Counted from the first letter of the stretch, positions 39,989 through 50,135 are shown. The stretch: 64,000 bases of DNA from Candidatus Eiseniibacteriota bacterium (GCA_963792585.1 CAWBWI010000003.1:832001-896000), one strand, 5' to 3'. The notes: generated by a model not told the origin, from the letters alone. Made by a program: numbers and translations.

Positions 39989-40796
39989 AGCCCCGATCCA
40001 GATCATCATCAAGAAGAAGGGTCACGGCGGCGCCGCTCACGGCGGGGCGTGGAAGGTGGCGTTCGCTGACTTCATGACCGCCATGTTCTGCCTCTTCCTC
40101 GTCCTCTGGATCGTCAACCAGAGCTCGGACGTGAAGTCGGCGATCGCGGGCTACTTCCAGGATCCCCTCGGACGCGCCGACGAGTATGGCAGCTCGATCA
40201 TGCCCGGCGAAGGCCAATACGCCTCCACCCCGCGCGTTCTCAGCGAAAGGGACGTGCTGAGCCTCCGCCGGGACCGGCTGCAACGCCTCGGCGACGCCAT
40301 CGAGGAGAAGCTGTCGGACACGCCGGCATTCGAGGAGATCCGCGAGCACGTCGACATCAGTCTCACCGAAGACGGCCTTCGTATCGAGTTGCTCGAGGAT
40401 TCCAGCGGCGTGTTCTTCGAGACAGGGAAGCCCAACTTGAGCATGCACGGGCGCGAGATCCTCGCGCTGCTTGGCGCGGAGCTGGGGACCCTCCCGAACT
40501 TCGTTCGCATCGAGGGGCATACGGACGCCTACCCGTTCCGCGGCGACGCGACCTACACGAACTGGGAGCTGTCGGCCGATCGAGCCAACACGGCGCGGAG
40601 GATCATGACCTCGAGCGGGCTGCGGGTGGAGCAGATTACCCAGGTGACCGGCTTCGCGGAGCGTCAGCCGAGGGTCGTCCAGGACCCCTATTCCCCGCGG
40701 AATCGGAGGATCACGATTACGATGTTGCTCGGCGAGGCGACTCGTCGGCCGGGCGACCCGGGTGCGGTGAAGCCGCGGGAGGCCGAAGCGCCTTGA
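39969..40796 (+). CDS. motB: Flagellar stator protein MotB
   Basis: HGGAWKVAFADFMTAM, IEGHTDA, NWELSADRAN, NRRI. Confidence 0.96.
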   Translation: MTNKRREAPIQIIIKKKGHGGAAHGGAWKVAFADFMTAMFCLFLVLWIVNQSSDVKSAIAGYFQDPLGRADEYGSSIMPGEGQYASTPRVLSERDVLSLRRDRLQRLGDAIEEKLSDTPAFEEIREHVDISLTEDGLRIELLEDSSGVFFETGKPNLSMHGREILALLGAELGTLPNFVRIEGHTDAYPFRGDATYTNWELSADRANTARRIMTSSGLRVEQITQVTGFAERQPRVVQDPYSPRNRRITITMLLGEATRRPGDPGAVKPREAEAP

Positions 40797-41659
40797 GACG
40801 GGAGCGCGAACTCCTCCAGCAGCTCCGGATCGAGCGCGAGCGTCTAAGGGCTGCGGAAGCCGAGATCGACCAGTTGCGGTTGCTGCTCGGTGTGCGAAAG
40901 GACCGGCAGGTCGGCGCCTTCGTCAAGCTGCTGGATCGGATCCTGTTGGGGGCGGGGGACCGCGGTGAGCGGATGGCCCGATTCGCAAAGCAGATTGCGG
41001 CCCGCTTCGAAATGCAGCCCAGCTACCTTCCCGACCTCGAGATCGCGGCGCGTCTACACGAACTCGGCCGCGTGGTCATGCTCCGCCAGAAGGGCGTGGA
41101 GATCTGCAAATCGGTGGATGAGAACGACTGGGAGTATGCCCGCTTCACCAAAGGGATCCTCGAGCAGATCGACGGACTGGCCGGCGCGGCCGGGCTGGTG
41201 GGCAGCATCTATGAGAACTGGGACGGCTCCGGTGTCCCGCACCATCTCGCGAAGGGGCAGATTCCGCTGCGGTGCCGCATCCTCCGGGTCCTGATCGACA
41301 TGACGAGCGCCTTCGACGCGCACCCGGATCTGTCGTTTGAAGAGATTCTGGATCTTCTCGGTGAGCACTGCGGCACGCTCTACGATCCGATGGTCTTCGC
41401 GCACGCCAGCCAGATCGTTCTGAACGAGCAAGATGCCACCGACGGATGCCGCAGCTGCGTCAGCATTCCCGTGACCGACCTGAGTCCCGGAATGGTCCTG
41501 GCGGAAGACCTGTACGCCGATTCCGGCATCAAGCTCCTCGCGCGCGGCACGACCCTGACGCCGGGCGCCATCGAGGCGATCCTGCGCCGGCACCGGTTCG
41601 ATCCGATCGTGGACGGCGTGCCGATCCGCAATCCGGAATCGCCGCGGCGCGCGGGCTGA
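40793..41659 (+). CDS. Degenerate HD-GYP domain protein
   Basis: 'AARLHELG', 'YENWDGSGVPHHLAKGQIPLRCRIL', 'GTLYDP'; C-terminal 'LSPGMVLAEDLY..G..LL.RGT.LT' module; overlaps the motB stop. Confidence 0.8.
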   Translation: MRRERELLQQLRIERERLRAAEAEIDQLRLLLGVRKDRQVGAFVKLLDRILLGAGDRGERMARFAKQIAARFEMQPSYLPDLEIAARLHELGRVVMLRQKGVEICKSVDENDWEYARFTKGILEQIDGLAGAAGLVGSIYENWDGSGVPHHLAKGQIPLRCRILRVLIDMTSAFDAHPDLSFEEILDLLGEHCGTLYDPMVFAHASQIVLNEQDATDGCRSCVSIPVTDLSPGMVLAEDLYADSGIKLLARGTTLTPGAIEAILRRHRFDPIVDGVPIRNPESPRRAG

Positions 41660-41731
41660 GCGAGGCGCTAGACGGCGCGCGTGCGCGATCCCTCAGGGGG
41701 ATCTCATCGGCACGAATCCGAGATCGCCGAC

Positions 41732-43090
41732 CTAGACCATCTGCAGCAGGTACTGGATCATCTCGTCGGCGACCTTGAGGATGCGCGCCGCCGCGCCGTA
41801 GGCTTCCTGCTGGCTGATCAGCGTCACCATTTCCTCGTCGACGGAGACCCCACTCACGCTCATCCTCGCGTTGTCGGCGTTGTCCGCCATCGCCTGGTGC
41901 ATCTCTCTGCTGATCGATGACTCGCTGACGCCCGAGCCGACGGAGACGGCGAACTCATCGTAGAAACCGCGCAACGTCTTGCCGTTGAGCGAGGTGACGC
42001 CCTCGTGGGCGAGGGCGGCGAGCCTCAAAGCGACGGCATTGTCGCCCGAACCGATGGTCCCGCCGGCTGCGATCGCATCCCCTGAGTCGGAGATGTCGGT
42101 CGCGAGCGAGATCGTCCGGGCGGTCACTCCCGCCGGGTCGAAGAAGTCCACGTTCGTCCGCTTGTTCAGCGTGTAGCCCGTTCGGTGGATCGCGTTGACC
42201 TCGGTGACGACCGCTTCTGCGAAGGAATCGAGCTGCTTGCGATACTCAGGCAGGATGACGGTCGTGAGGTTGGACAGAGACTTCAGGCTGCCGGCTTGAA
42301 GATCGATGCTCGGGCCGCCGGAGGCGTTGGCCACGCTCGATCCTCCCTCCGCCGCCGTGACCACTGCCAGGTGCCGCGCCGTCGCGCCCTCGACCACGGT
42401 CGCCTCGCCGGCCCGGACGGAGACGGTCCCATCCTCGTTCGACGAGACGGTGACGGATGCATAGCCCGAGAGCCTGTCGAGCAGAACATCCCGTTCGTCC
42501 TCGAGTCCCGTGATGTCCTGACGCGCGGCGGCCGCCGTCATGATCTCGCGATTGAGCGCGGCGATCCGGTCGGCGAGGTCGTTGACGTCCGCCACGCCCG
42601 CGGTGAGCCGATCGGTCGCGTCCTGGACCGACTGGGTCAGCTCCGCGTCGAGCTGATGAAGTTGCCCGACGAATCGCCCCGCCGCGGTGCGGACCAGCTC
42701 GCGGTTCGGGGAGCTGGTCGGCTCCGTCGCCAGGTCTCCGAATGCTCCGAAGAGGCCGTTCAAGGCGCCCGAGATCCCGCTGTCCGAGGGTTCCTGAAGC
42801 GCGGCCTCGATATTGCCGAGCAGGCTCGAGAGAGTCTCCGAGCCGCCGAGAAGTCCGTTGTCGCGTCGATAGGCGGCATCCAGGAAGGTGTCGCGCACGC
42901 GGATGATACCGGCATCGGTGACGCCGGTTCCCAACCCCGATCCTCCGATGTGGGAGGAGATGACCTCGAGACGTCGCCGGCTGTAGCCCGGCGTCTGGGC
43001 ATTCGCTACGTTCTGCGCGGTCACGCTCATCCCTCTCTGATAGAGCATGAGGGCGGAGCGGGCCGTGTTGAAGAGGCTCGAAAGAGACAT
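41732..43090 (-). CDS. flgK: Flagellar hook-associated protein FlgK
   Basis: NVANAQTPGYSRR, GTGV, SVSGVSVDEE, YGAAARI. Confidence 0.93.
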   Translation of the reverse strand: MSLSSLFNTARSALMLYQRGMSVTAQNVANAQTPGYSRRRLEVISSHIGGSGLGTGVTDAGIIRVRDTFLDAAYRRDNGLLGGSETLSSLLGNIEAALQEPSDSGISGALNGLFGAFGDLATEPTSSPNRELVRTAAGRFVGQLHQLDAELTQSVQDATDRLTAGVADVNDLADRIAALNREIMTAAAARQDITGLEDERDVLLDRLSGYASVTVSSNEDGTVSVRAGEATVVEGATARHLAVVTAAEGGSSVANASGGPSIDLQAGSLKSLSNLTTVILPEYRKQLDSFAEAVVTEVNAIHRTGYTLNKRTNVDFFDPAGVTARTISLATDISDSGDAIAAGGTIGSGDNAVALRLAALAHEGVTSLNGKTLRGFYDEFAVSVGSGVSESSISREMHQAMADNADNARMSVSGVSVDEEMVTLISQQEAYGAAARILKVADEMIQYLLQMV

Positions 43091-43091
43091 G

Positions 43092-43589
43092 TCAAACCAC
43101 CCTGTTGAGGATGACACTCGCGCGCGGGACGGTTTCCTCGGTCCGCTGGCTCGACCCATAGGCGGGGGCCGGAGCGGATGCGGAGCTGAAAAGGGCCTGG
43201 AGGTATCCGTCACCGACTTCGACGGCGCGCTTGAGGACGGCGCGGTTGATCGTCACCTGAACCGCCGCGCTTTCCACCGCGCGATGCAACTCAGCGCGGG
43301 CGTCCGCGAGACGCCGGGGCAGGGCGGCGCCATATGCGGCCTCGAGTCGGGCGAGGGAGGATGCCTCCCCGCCGGCCATCACCCGCATCCGGAGATCGCG
43401 CGCCCTGGCCAGCGTCTGGAGGATCGTCCCGACGGCGTCGGTCTGGACGTCGACTTCCTTAGGATCATCCGCAGCGACCGCGGCCCGCTGTCGAGCCAGC
43501 GCGTCTACGAGATCCCGGACGAGCCGGCACTCCTTCTCCAACACCTCCGCGAGTTCGGTCGTGGGGTCGCTATCCAGTTCCCTGTCCAT
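43092..43589 (-). CDS. flgN: Flagellar export chaperone FlgN
   Basis: Helical protein between flgJ and flgK; 'L.EVLEKE..L...L..AL..QR.A', 'INRAVL'; start could be 43625. Confidence 0.7.
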   Translation of the reverse strand: MDRELDSDPTTELAEVLEKECRLVRDLVDALARQRAAVAADDPKEVDVQTDAVGTILQTLARARDLRMRVMAGGEASSLARLEAAYGAALPRRLADARAELHRAVESAAVQVTINRAVLKRAVEVGDGYLQALFSSASAPAPAYGSSQRTEETVPRASVILNRVV

Positions 43590-43635
43590 GGGGCGGTCTC
43601 CTCGCTTGTTTGCGACCGGATCCATCGTTTCGTCC

Positions 43636-43938
43636 TTACCGCGACGCCGTTTCGTCGCCATCGAGACGCCGGGCAAGCTGGCGGTAGAGCGCGTCGCCGA
43701 GTCCCCCCTGCGACCGTCGCGCCGCCTCACTCGCGAGGCGCTCGTCCAACATCGACGTGAATGTCTCCTCGGCCAACGAGGACTCGAGCAACCCGCCCTG
43801 CGGGACGCTTTTCCTCATGGCATCGAGCATCTGCTTGAGAAACAGCCCCTCGAACTCCTGCGAAAGCGCGCGCAACTTCGCCTGGTCGCCTGCCAGCGGC
43901 GTGGTCGGGTCCGGGGGAATCGCGCCGATCCCGGTCAC
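43636..43938 (-). CDS. flgJ: FlgJ, rod-binding domain only
   Basis: KLRALSQEFEGLFLKQMLDAMRKSV..GGLL, FTSMLD, GLGDALYRQL; no muramidase domain. Confidence 0.88.
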   Translation of the reverse strand: MTGIGAIPPDPTTPLAGDQAKLRALSQEFEGLFLKQMLDAMRKSVPQGGLLESSLAEETFTSMLDERLASEAARRSQGGLGDALYRQLARRLDGDETASR

Positions 43939-45002
43939 CGGATCACCACCTGAGCATTCAAGGCGCCGGCGGCCTGGAGCCCTTCGAAGATCGCGACGAC
44001 CTCGTCCGGCTTGGCCCCCGCGGCTTGGAGTCCGGCGGCCACGTCCTGCACGGACGCGCGGGCTTCGACGCGTACGAGCCCTTCCGGCGCGGCCGACCCA
44101 TCCTGGGAGGGCTTGCCGATCTGGAGCGTGATCCCGCGATGGCTGATCACCGCCGGGCCCACGCGCACATCGCCCCCTGCGACGACCGTGCCCTCACGGC
44201 TGCTGATGATGATGCGCGCCGGCCCGTCGAATGCGACGAGGAGCGTGTCGACGGCCGCGAGGAATCCGGCGAGGTCCTCCGCCTTGTCGGCGGGTGGGGA
44301 CAGGCTGACGACGCCGGGATCCTCGGCCCTCGCCACGCCGGGACCGAAGCCGGTGTTGATCGTCTCCGCGATCTTGCTCGCGGTGCGCAGATCCGGGTTG
44401 CGCAAGTGAAGTCGCGCAGCGAGCGGCGCCGCGGCTTCCGGCTCGACCTCGAGCACGCCGCCCTGAGGAATCCGCCCGGAGTTCCCGCCGTAGGCGTAGT
44501 AAGAACGCGCCGACGCGTCGGTCTCGACGTACAGCGGGCCCTGCGCCGTCGCGATCGGCGGCGCGCCGGGGTCGGTCACGAGCGGGGTGATCCAGAGGGT
44601 CCCGCCGCGCAGCGAGGTGGCGTCTCCCAGAGCCGAGACCTGTACCTCGAAACGGCCACCGGCATGCAGATAGGACGAGAGCTCCGCGTTGACGAGGACG
44701 GCGGCGACGTTGCGCAGGCGCAGGTGCTGCACCGGGACCTCGACGCCGAAACGCTGCAGCAGGTTGATCACGGAGCGGACCGTCGGACTTGCCGAGCTCG
44801 CGAGTCCGAAGCTGCGATCGCCCGTGCCGTCCAGACCGACCACGAGGCCGTAGCCCGCCACGCGGCGGGGAATGTCCCCTTGGCGGATCGTCATGTCGCC
44901 GATGCGCGCCTCACTGCCCGGCGCGGCAGGGGAGGTCGCCGGCTGGATCGCGAGCAGCGTCCATGCGCAGCAGAGCCGCGCGATCATGCGCCGCGCCATC
45001 AT
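43935..45002 (-). CDS. flgI: Flagellar P-ring protein
   Basis: GYGLVVGLDGTGD, NVAAVLV, GDATSLRGG.L, GTVVAG, LQAAGALNA. Confidence 0.94.
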   Translation of the reverse strand: MMARRMIARLCCAWTLLAIQPATSPAAPGSEARIGDMTIRQGDIPRRVAGYGLVVGLDGTGDRSFGLASSASPTVRSVINLLQRFGVEVPVQHLRLRNVAAVLVNAELSSYLHAGGRFEVQVSALGDATSLRGGTLWITPLVTDPGAPPIATAQGPLYVETDASARSYYAYGGNSGRIPQGGVLEVEPEAAAPLAARLHLRNPDLRTASKIAETINTGFGPGVARAEDPGVVSLSPPADKAEDLAGFLAAVDTLLVAFDGPARIIISSREGTVVAGGDVRVGPAVISHRGITLQIGKPSQDGSAAPEGLVRVEARASVQDVAAGLQAAGAKPDEVVAIFEGLQAAGALNAQVVIR

Positions 45003-45658
45003 GGCCAGATGATCCCGAGGATCTTGCCGAGGATCCCGCGCTTCGGGCTGACGTTCTTGCCCTTGTAGGTGATCGTTGCGTCTGCGATCCGACTCGAGTG
45101 GATGACGTTCGACGGCGCGACGTCTTCGAGACGAATCGATCCGCTCAATGACATCTGCTGCTGGCGGCCGTCGATCGACACCTTCTTGTTGCCCTCGATG
45201 CGGGCGACCCCGTTCTCGGCGACCGATACGATCTGGGCGGTCAGCACCCCGGTCAGGTCTCCTTGACGGTTCGCCTCGCCCTGATCCCGCTGGTTCGACT
45301 GCATCCCCGTCCGGAGGCCCGTCGCGCCGACGACCGATTCGCCGTCGGCATCGAGGTTGAAGTTGGCGGTCTGGCCACGGTCGGCCGAAGCGATCCAGGA
45401 TGTTCTCTCCCGCGCGCTGGTCTGCTCGTCGAGGATCACGGTGATGATGTCGCCGGCCCGCAGGAGCGGCCGGTTCGAGAGCCAGGCCGCCCGGGCGGAC
45501 GACATCGCCGCCGGCGGCCTGGGAATCGGCCTCGCTCCGGCGGAGTCGGGCGCGGCGGCGGGCGCCGCCGGCGTCGTCTCGGGCGCTTGCGCCCGGGCCG
45601 CGCCGCCGGTGACGGACATGGCGACGATCGCGACGATCGCGCCGCTCGGAATCCTCAT
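44999..45658 (-). CDS. flgH: Flagellar L-ring protein
   Basis: GDIITVILDE, NG...IEG.K, LSGSIR.EDV...N.I.SSRIADA.I.YKG. Confidence 0.9.
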   Translation of the reverse strand: MRIPSGAIVAIVAMSVTGGAARAQAPETTPAAPAAAPDSAGARPIPRPPAAMSSARAAWLSNRPLLRAGDIITVILDEQTSARERTSWIASADRGQTANFNLDADGESVVGATGLRTGMQSNQRDQGEANRQGDLTGVLTAQIVSVAENGVARIEGNKKVSIDGRQQQMSLSGSIRLEDVAPSNVIHSSRIADATITYKGKNVSPKRGILGKILGIIWP

Positions 45659-46344
45659 CGAGCACCTCCTACGCAGAGGACTGCGGTTCCGGGCGAGGTC
45701 ACCTGCCCGGTCATGGGGTCACGCCGTCCCGCGACGCGCACGCGAACCATCTCGCCGATGCGGGCCGCATGGAGCGCGGCGCCTTCCACCGAAATGCGCA
45801 CGAGGCCCCGGGTCCACTCCAGGCGAACGGACTGGCCGGCGGTGATGACCGAAGGAGCGATCGCGGCGGGCCAGGCGACCACGTCACCCGCGCCCAATGG
45901 CCGTCGGATCTCCCAGCCGGGCGCGGCCGTCTCCGCGGTCCGCGACGGAGGCGGTCCCCAGCGCAGGCGCACCTCCTTGCGGAGATCCCCTTCGCGGAGC
46001 CGGCTGCCCAAGCTCAACGGCCTCGCGGCGACGAAGACCGTGTCGTTCACTCCCGCGCGCACGCGCAGCGCGGTCGCCCCCGCGCCGGTCGGATCGACGG
46101 CGACGGCGAACCAGCCCTCCGAGCCGCGTCCGACGACGCGGATGTCGGCGGCCGGCGACGCGGAGGCGCCGGCCGGGTCGCTCCATTGCAGGTGGATCGA
46201 CTCGGGCGGCACGCTCCACTCCTGCGCGATCCGCGCGGCGACCCTTGATGCGAAGAGCGGGTCGACCCCCACGGAATCGGACGCCGTAGTCGCCGATGCC
46301 TGGAACAGTCCGAGCAGGAGCCCGGCGCTAACGGACCAGGTCAT
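45655..46344 (-). CDS. flgA: P-ring assembly chaperone FlgA
   Basis: SAF-like 'VAARPLSLGSRLREGDL', 'G.AL..ARIGEMVRVR'; position between flgG and flgH. Confidence 0.8.
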   Translation of the reverse strand: MTWSVSAGLLLGLFQASATTASDSVGVDPLFASRVAARIAQEWSVPPESIHLQWSDPAGASASPAADIRVVGRGSEGWFAVAVDPTGAGATALRVRAGVNDTVFVAARPLSLGSRLREGDLRKEVRLRWGPPPSRTAETAAPGWEIRRPLGAGDVVAWPAAIAPSVITAGQSVRLEWTRGLVRISVEGAALHAARIGEMVRVRVAGRRDPMTGQVTSPGTAVLCVGGAR

Positions 46345-47120
46345 TGGTCATCTGCATGATCTCGTCGCCTGCCTGGACGGCGCGCGCATTGATCTCGTAG
46401 GCGCGTTGGGCGGCGATCATGTCGGTCATCTCCTGGACGATCTCGACGTTGCTCGATTCGAGGGCGCCCTGGGAGATCCTGCCGAACCCGTCCTCCTGGG
46501 GGAATCCCGATGTAGGGCTCGCCCGACGCGGTCGTCTCCGAGAACTGGTTCTCGCCGATCGCGGCAAGCGCCGAGGGGTTGAGGAAGCGGGCCAGCTCGA
46601 TGCGGCCGACCTCGATCGGCTTCGAATTCGTGCCCGTGGTCACGCTGACGATGCCGTTGGCTGAGACCGTGATGCCGGTCGCGTCCGCTGGCACGATCAC
46701 TGCCGGGCTGAACGAGATATCCGTCTCCGGTGACGAGCGCGCCGCTGCTCGGAAAGGGTGAGACTACCGTCCCGCGTGTAGGCGATCGAGCCGTCCGGTC
46801 GTTGAACCTGGAAGAAGCCGTCCCCTTCGATGGCGAGTCGAGCGGCCGATCGGTCGTCTCGGGGTCCCCTGTCCGTTGATCCGGACGCACGGCGGCCACC
46901 CGCACGCCCTTGCCGATCTGGATGGGAGCCGACCGTCTCGGTCGCCTGGTAGTTGACGATGCTTCTCGCCCTGCAGCGTCTCGTAGAGCACGTCCTCGAA
47001 GTTGACGCGGCTGCGCTTGAAGCCGGTCGTGTTCACGTTGGCGAGGTTGTTCGCGATGACGTCGACCATGCGCTGCTGGGCGACCATTCCGCTTGCCGAA
47101 GTGTTGAGGCTCGAGTTCAT
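46328..47120 (-). CDS. flgG: Distal rod protein FlgG (multiple frameshifts)
   Basis: [62 protein letters not shown] in successive frames. Confidence 0.9.
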
Positions 47121-47190
47121 CTGTTTCCTTTCCGAGCGACGGCGGGGGAGAACGACCTCCGCCCCGTCTCCGGTGGCGGGATGCCGCCGA

Positions 47191-47880
47191 TCAGACCCTT
47201 CCCACGTCGTTCGCGACGCCGAGGACGCTGTCGATCGTCTTCAGCGCGTCGATGTTCGCCGCGTATGCCCGCTGGATCGTGATCAGATCGACGAGGGTCA
47301 TGATCGGATCCATGTTCGCCTCCTCGATCGATCCCTGCCGAACCGTGGTCGTGCCATCGTCGACCGGCCGCAGGGGCGTGGTCGCGATGTAGCGGCCGGC
47401 CCCTTCCTTGCGCAGCATTGCGGGATCCTGCACCGTGTCGATCCGCAACTGCCCGGCCGCGCTTCCGTCCACGAAGACCGATCCGTCCCCTTGGATCTCG
47501 ACCTTGGACCCGTTGAGGACGACGACCCCCTCCCGACCGAGGACCGGGTTTCCGTTCGCGTCGGTCAGCAGGCCGTCGGCGCGGATCGCGAGGGCGCCGC
47601 CGCGCGTGAGGCGCTCACCCTGCGGGGTGCGCACGACGATGAACCCGTCGCCGCTGAGCGCGAGATCGAGGGGACGCCCCGTCTCCCGGAGGACCCCTTG
47701 CTGGAGATCGATCGTCTCGATCGGCGCCGGCCCTTCCACGTTCGGCCGGTTCTCCGCGGCGACGCGCACGGCCTTGAAGGCGTCGGTGTTTGCATTGGCG
47801 AGGTTGTTCGACGTCACCTCATAGAGACGCTGGTAGTAGGAAAGCGACTGGGCGCTGTTGGCGATGCCGTTCAAGGACAT
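47191..47880 (-). CDS. flgF: Proximal rod protein FlgF
   Basis: [37 protein letters not shown]; upstream of flgG. Confidence 0.88.
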   Translation of the reverse strand: MSLNGIANSAQSLSYYQRLYEVTSNNLANANTDAFKAVRVAAENRPNVEGPAPIETIDLQQGVLRETGRPLDLALSGDGFIVVRTPQGERLTRGGALAIRADGLLTDANGNPVLGREGVVVLNGSKVEIQGDGSVFVDGSAAGQLRIDTVQDPAMLRKEGAGRYIATTPLRPVDDGTTTVRQGSIEEANMDPIMTLVDLITIQRAYAANIDALKTIDSVLGVANDVGRV

Positions 47881-47926
47881 GCTTCCTCCAAGGGGCGGAG
47901 ATTCCGGGATGCCCCCAACAGGACAT

Positions 47927-47942
47927 AGCAAGCGCCGTACCT
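47927..47942 (-). promoter_or_regulatory. sigma54 promoter for the flgF-flgK operon
   Basis: Minus strand AGGTACGGCGCTTGCT, GG-N10-GC. Confidence 0.7.
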
Positions 47943-47967
47943 GCAGGACGCGAATCGGCGCGATGCG

Positions 47968-48519
47968 CTAACTTCTTTGTTCATAATGCCTTCCGGATTG
48001 GGGCCGGAGGCGCGATTGGAGTTCCGAGGCAAAAGAGGGCGGCGCCGACCGGAAGGACTTGCCGCTCTCCGGGGCGCGTCTCGCAGGCGCCATCTCGGCG
48101 CGCATCATCGTGCGCACCGCGTCCTGGGACATCCGTCGCCGTCGCGCGATCCCGCTGATCGACGGCCCTTGCCGGATCGGAGAGATGCTCCGCGGACGGC
48201 GCGCCCACGAAAACCGAACGAGGCGTGATCCGCGCAATCCCGCGATCGTGAGCGCGATCAGTCCACCGAGGATCCCGATCCACGGAAGCACGTCCTTCGA
48301 GCCGATCGCTCGAACGACTCCCGAGTGGCCGACAACCGAATGGGCGATCCCGGAGCTGACGAATTCAGAGCCCGCGGACCCCGACCGCGCAATCGCGGAG
48401 CCCGCCGAGCGGGCGCCTCTCGCGATCGCGGCGCGATTCTCTCCATTCGCGAGCAAGCCCGCGGCGGAGAGAATCAACGCGGTGACCATCACGGCGAACC
48501 AGACCGAGCGGCTCATCAT
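47968..48519 (-). CDS. Hypothetical membrane protein coupled to fliA
   Basis: ATGA overlap with the fliA stop and GGAGG RBS; two hydrophobic segments; basic HTH-like 'SISGIARRRRMSQDAVRTMMR'. Confidence 0.55.
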   Translation of the reverse strand: MMSRSVWFAVMVTALILSAAGLLANGENRAAIARGARSAGSAIARSGSAGSEFVSSGIAHSVVGHSGVVRAIGSKDVLPWIGILGGLIALTIAGLRGSRLVRFSWARRPRSISPIRQGPSISGIARRRRMSQDAVRTMMRAEMAPARRAPESGKSFRSAPPSFASELQSRLRPQSGRHYEQRS

Positions 48520-49280
48520 GCCACCTCCCTCGCGGAGTTGATCCGCGCGCGGAGACGTTTCAAGGTGCGATTGTGGATCTGGCAGACCCGCGATTCCGTG
48601 ATGCGCAACATGCCCCCGATCTGCTTGAGCGTCAGGTGCTCGAAGTAGTAGAGGGAGATGATGAGCTGGTCCTTCGCCGGAAGCTCGAGGAAGGCATCGT
48701 GGAGCTGGACGAGGTCCTCGCCCGCTTCGCGATTCCCGCCCGGTTCGGGGGCGGCGGGGTCCGCGATCGTCTCGTGCAGCCGCAGCATCGATCCTTCGTG
48801 CGTCGGGCTCGGATCGTCGAGCGACACCATGACGGGACCCTTCGCGTCCTGGAGCCAGAGTTGGTAAGTATCGAGGTCGATCCCCAGATCCGCGGCGACC
48901 TCGTGATCCTCGGCGCGGCGCTGCAGTCGTCGCTCCAGGTCCGCCCGGCAGCGATCGAGTTCCTTTCGATGCTCCCGTGCCGAACGCGGCGCCCACTCCC
49001 ATCGCCGCAAATCGTCGAGGATCGCTCCCCGAATCCGCGGGACCGCATACGTGCTGAACGCCAGCCCACGCTCCGGCTCGAAGCTCTCGAGCGCCTGAAC
49101 GAGCCCGACGGTCCCGGCGCTCACGAGCTCTTCGAGGTCGAGGCCGTGCGGCACCTGCTTGGCCAGATCGCGGGCCGCCCGATGGACCAGGCCGAGATAC
49201 TGGTCGAGTAGCAGCCGCCGCGTCGCCTCGTCGCGATACCGGCGGTAGTGGACCCAGAGTTCATGGACGAGCTTCGACAT
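48516..49280 (-). CDS. fliA: Flagellar sigma factor (sigma28/FliA-WhiG)
   Basis: ELVSAG.VGL, FSTYAVPRIRGAILDDLR, LTLKQIG..L.ITESRVCQIH. Confidence 0.94.
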   Translation of the reverse strand: MSKLVHELWVHYRRYRDEATRRLLLDQYLGLVHRAARDLAKQVPHGLDLEELVSAGTVGLVQALESFEPERGLAFSTYAVPRIRGAILDDLRRWEWAPRSAREHRKELDRCRADLERRLQRRAEDHEVAADLGIDLDTYQLWLQDAKGPVMVSLDDPSPTHEGSMLRLHETIADPAAPEPGGNREAGEDLVQLHDAFLELPAKDQLIISLYYFEHLTLKQIGGMLRITESRVCQIHNRTLKRLRARINSAREVA

Positions 49281-49301
49281 CTTGCTGCACCCCTCGATGG
49301 A

Positions 49302-50135
49302 TCAGGCTCGACCTTCCGCCGCGCTCGCCATGGCGAGCGGGGCGGGGAGAGTGAGTAGGGTCTCGGTGATCGTTGTGATCTCGGTGGGCTCCTCCGTGAG
49401 GAGGCCGCCCGGCACGCGAACGGCGCGCCGCAGGCAATCGTGCTCGGCGACCTCGCCCAGGAAGCCGATCTCCCGCCGCAGGAATGTTCGTGCGGCGAGG
49501 CTCAGGACGTCGAATGTGTTGCGGCCGTCGGTCTCGCCCGTCACGCGATTGGACAGGACGTCGATCGGCAGGCCGGGTGCGTGCATGGTCGTCGTCTTGA
49601 TGAGCGCGTATGCGTCGCTCAGGGACGCCGGTTCCGGGACGGCGATCACGACCAGGCGGGTCGCGCGGATGGTGGCGCGGATCGTCGCCTCGATACCGGG
49701 GCCCGCATCGACGACGACCTCGTCGAATCCCTCGTAGAGACCGGTCAGCCGCAGGTGAAGGCGGGCCCGATCCGTCGCGGTCAGCCCGTAGATCGCCTCC
49801 TCGCCCGATGAGACGGGCAGGAGGACCAGACGCTCCGACACCGGCACGAGGAGATCGGCGGCCTTGGCGTCTCCCGCGACGAGGGCGCCGAGGTCTCGGT
49901 GAGGCTTCACCCCGAGCAGGATGTGGAGGTTGCCGAGGTTCTGACATGCGTCGAGGAGCAGGACCCTGCGTCCCGCGCGCGCCAGCCCGCTGGCGAGCAG
50001 AACGGCGATCGTCGACTTCCCGACGCCCCCCTTGCCGCTGCCGATGACGAGCACGCGCGCCGAGCTCGGCTCCGTGGCGGGAAGCCGTCCGGCCTCCGAC
50101 GCGAACTTGCGGAGCCCTTCCGCTTGGTCCGTCAT
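49302..50135 (-). CDS. flhG: MinD-like flagellar number regulator FlhG/FleN
   Basis: MTDQAEGLR, SGKGGVGKS, DAGPG, PEPASLSDAYALIK. Confidence 0.92.
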   Translation of the reverse strand: MTDQAEGLRKFASEAGRLPATEPSSARVLVIGSGKGGVGKSTIAVLLASGLARAGRRVLLLDACQNLGNLHILLGVKPHRDLGALVAGDAKAADLLVPVSERLVLLPVSSGEEAIYGLTATDRARLHLRLTGLYEGFDEVVVDAGPGIEATIRATIRATRLVVIAVPEPASLSDAYALIKTTTMHAPGLPIDVLSNRVTGETDGRNTFDVLSLAARTFLRREIGFLGEVAEHDCLRRAVRVPGGLLTEEPTEITTITETLLTLPAPLAMASAAEGRA

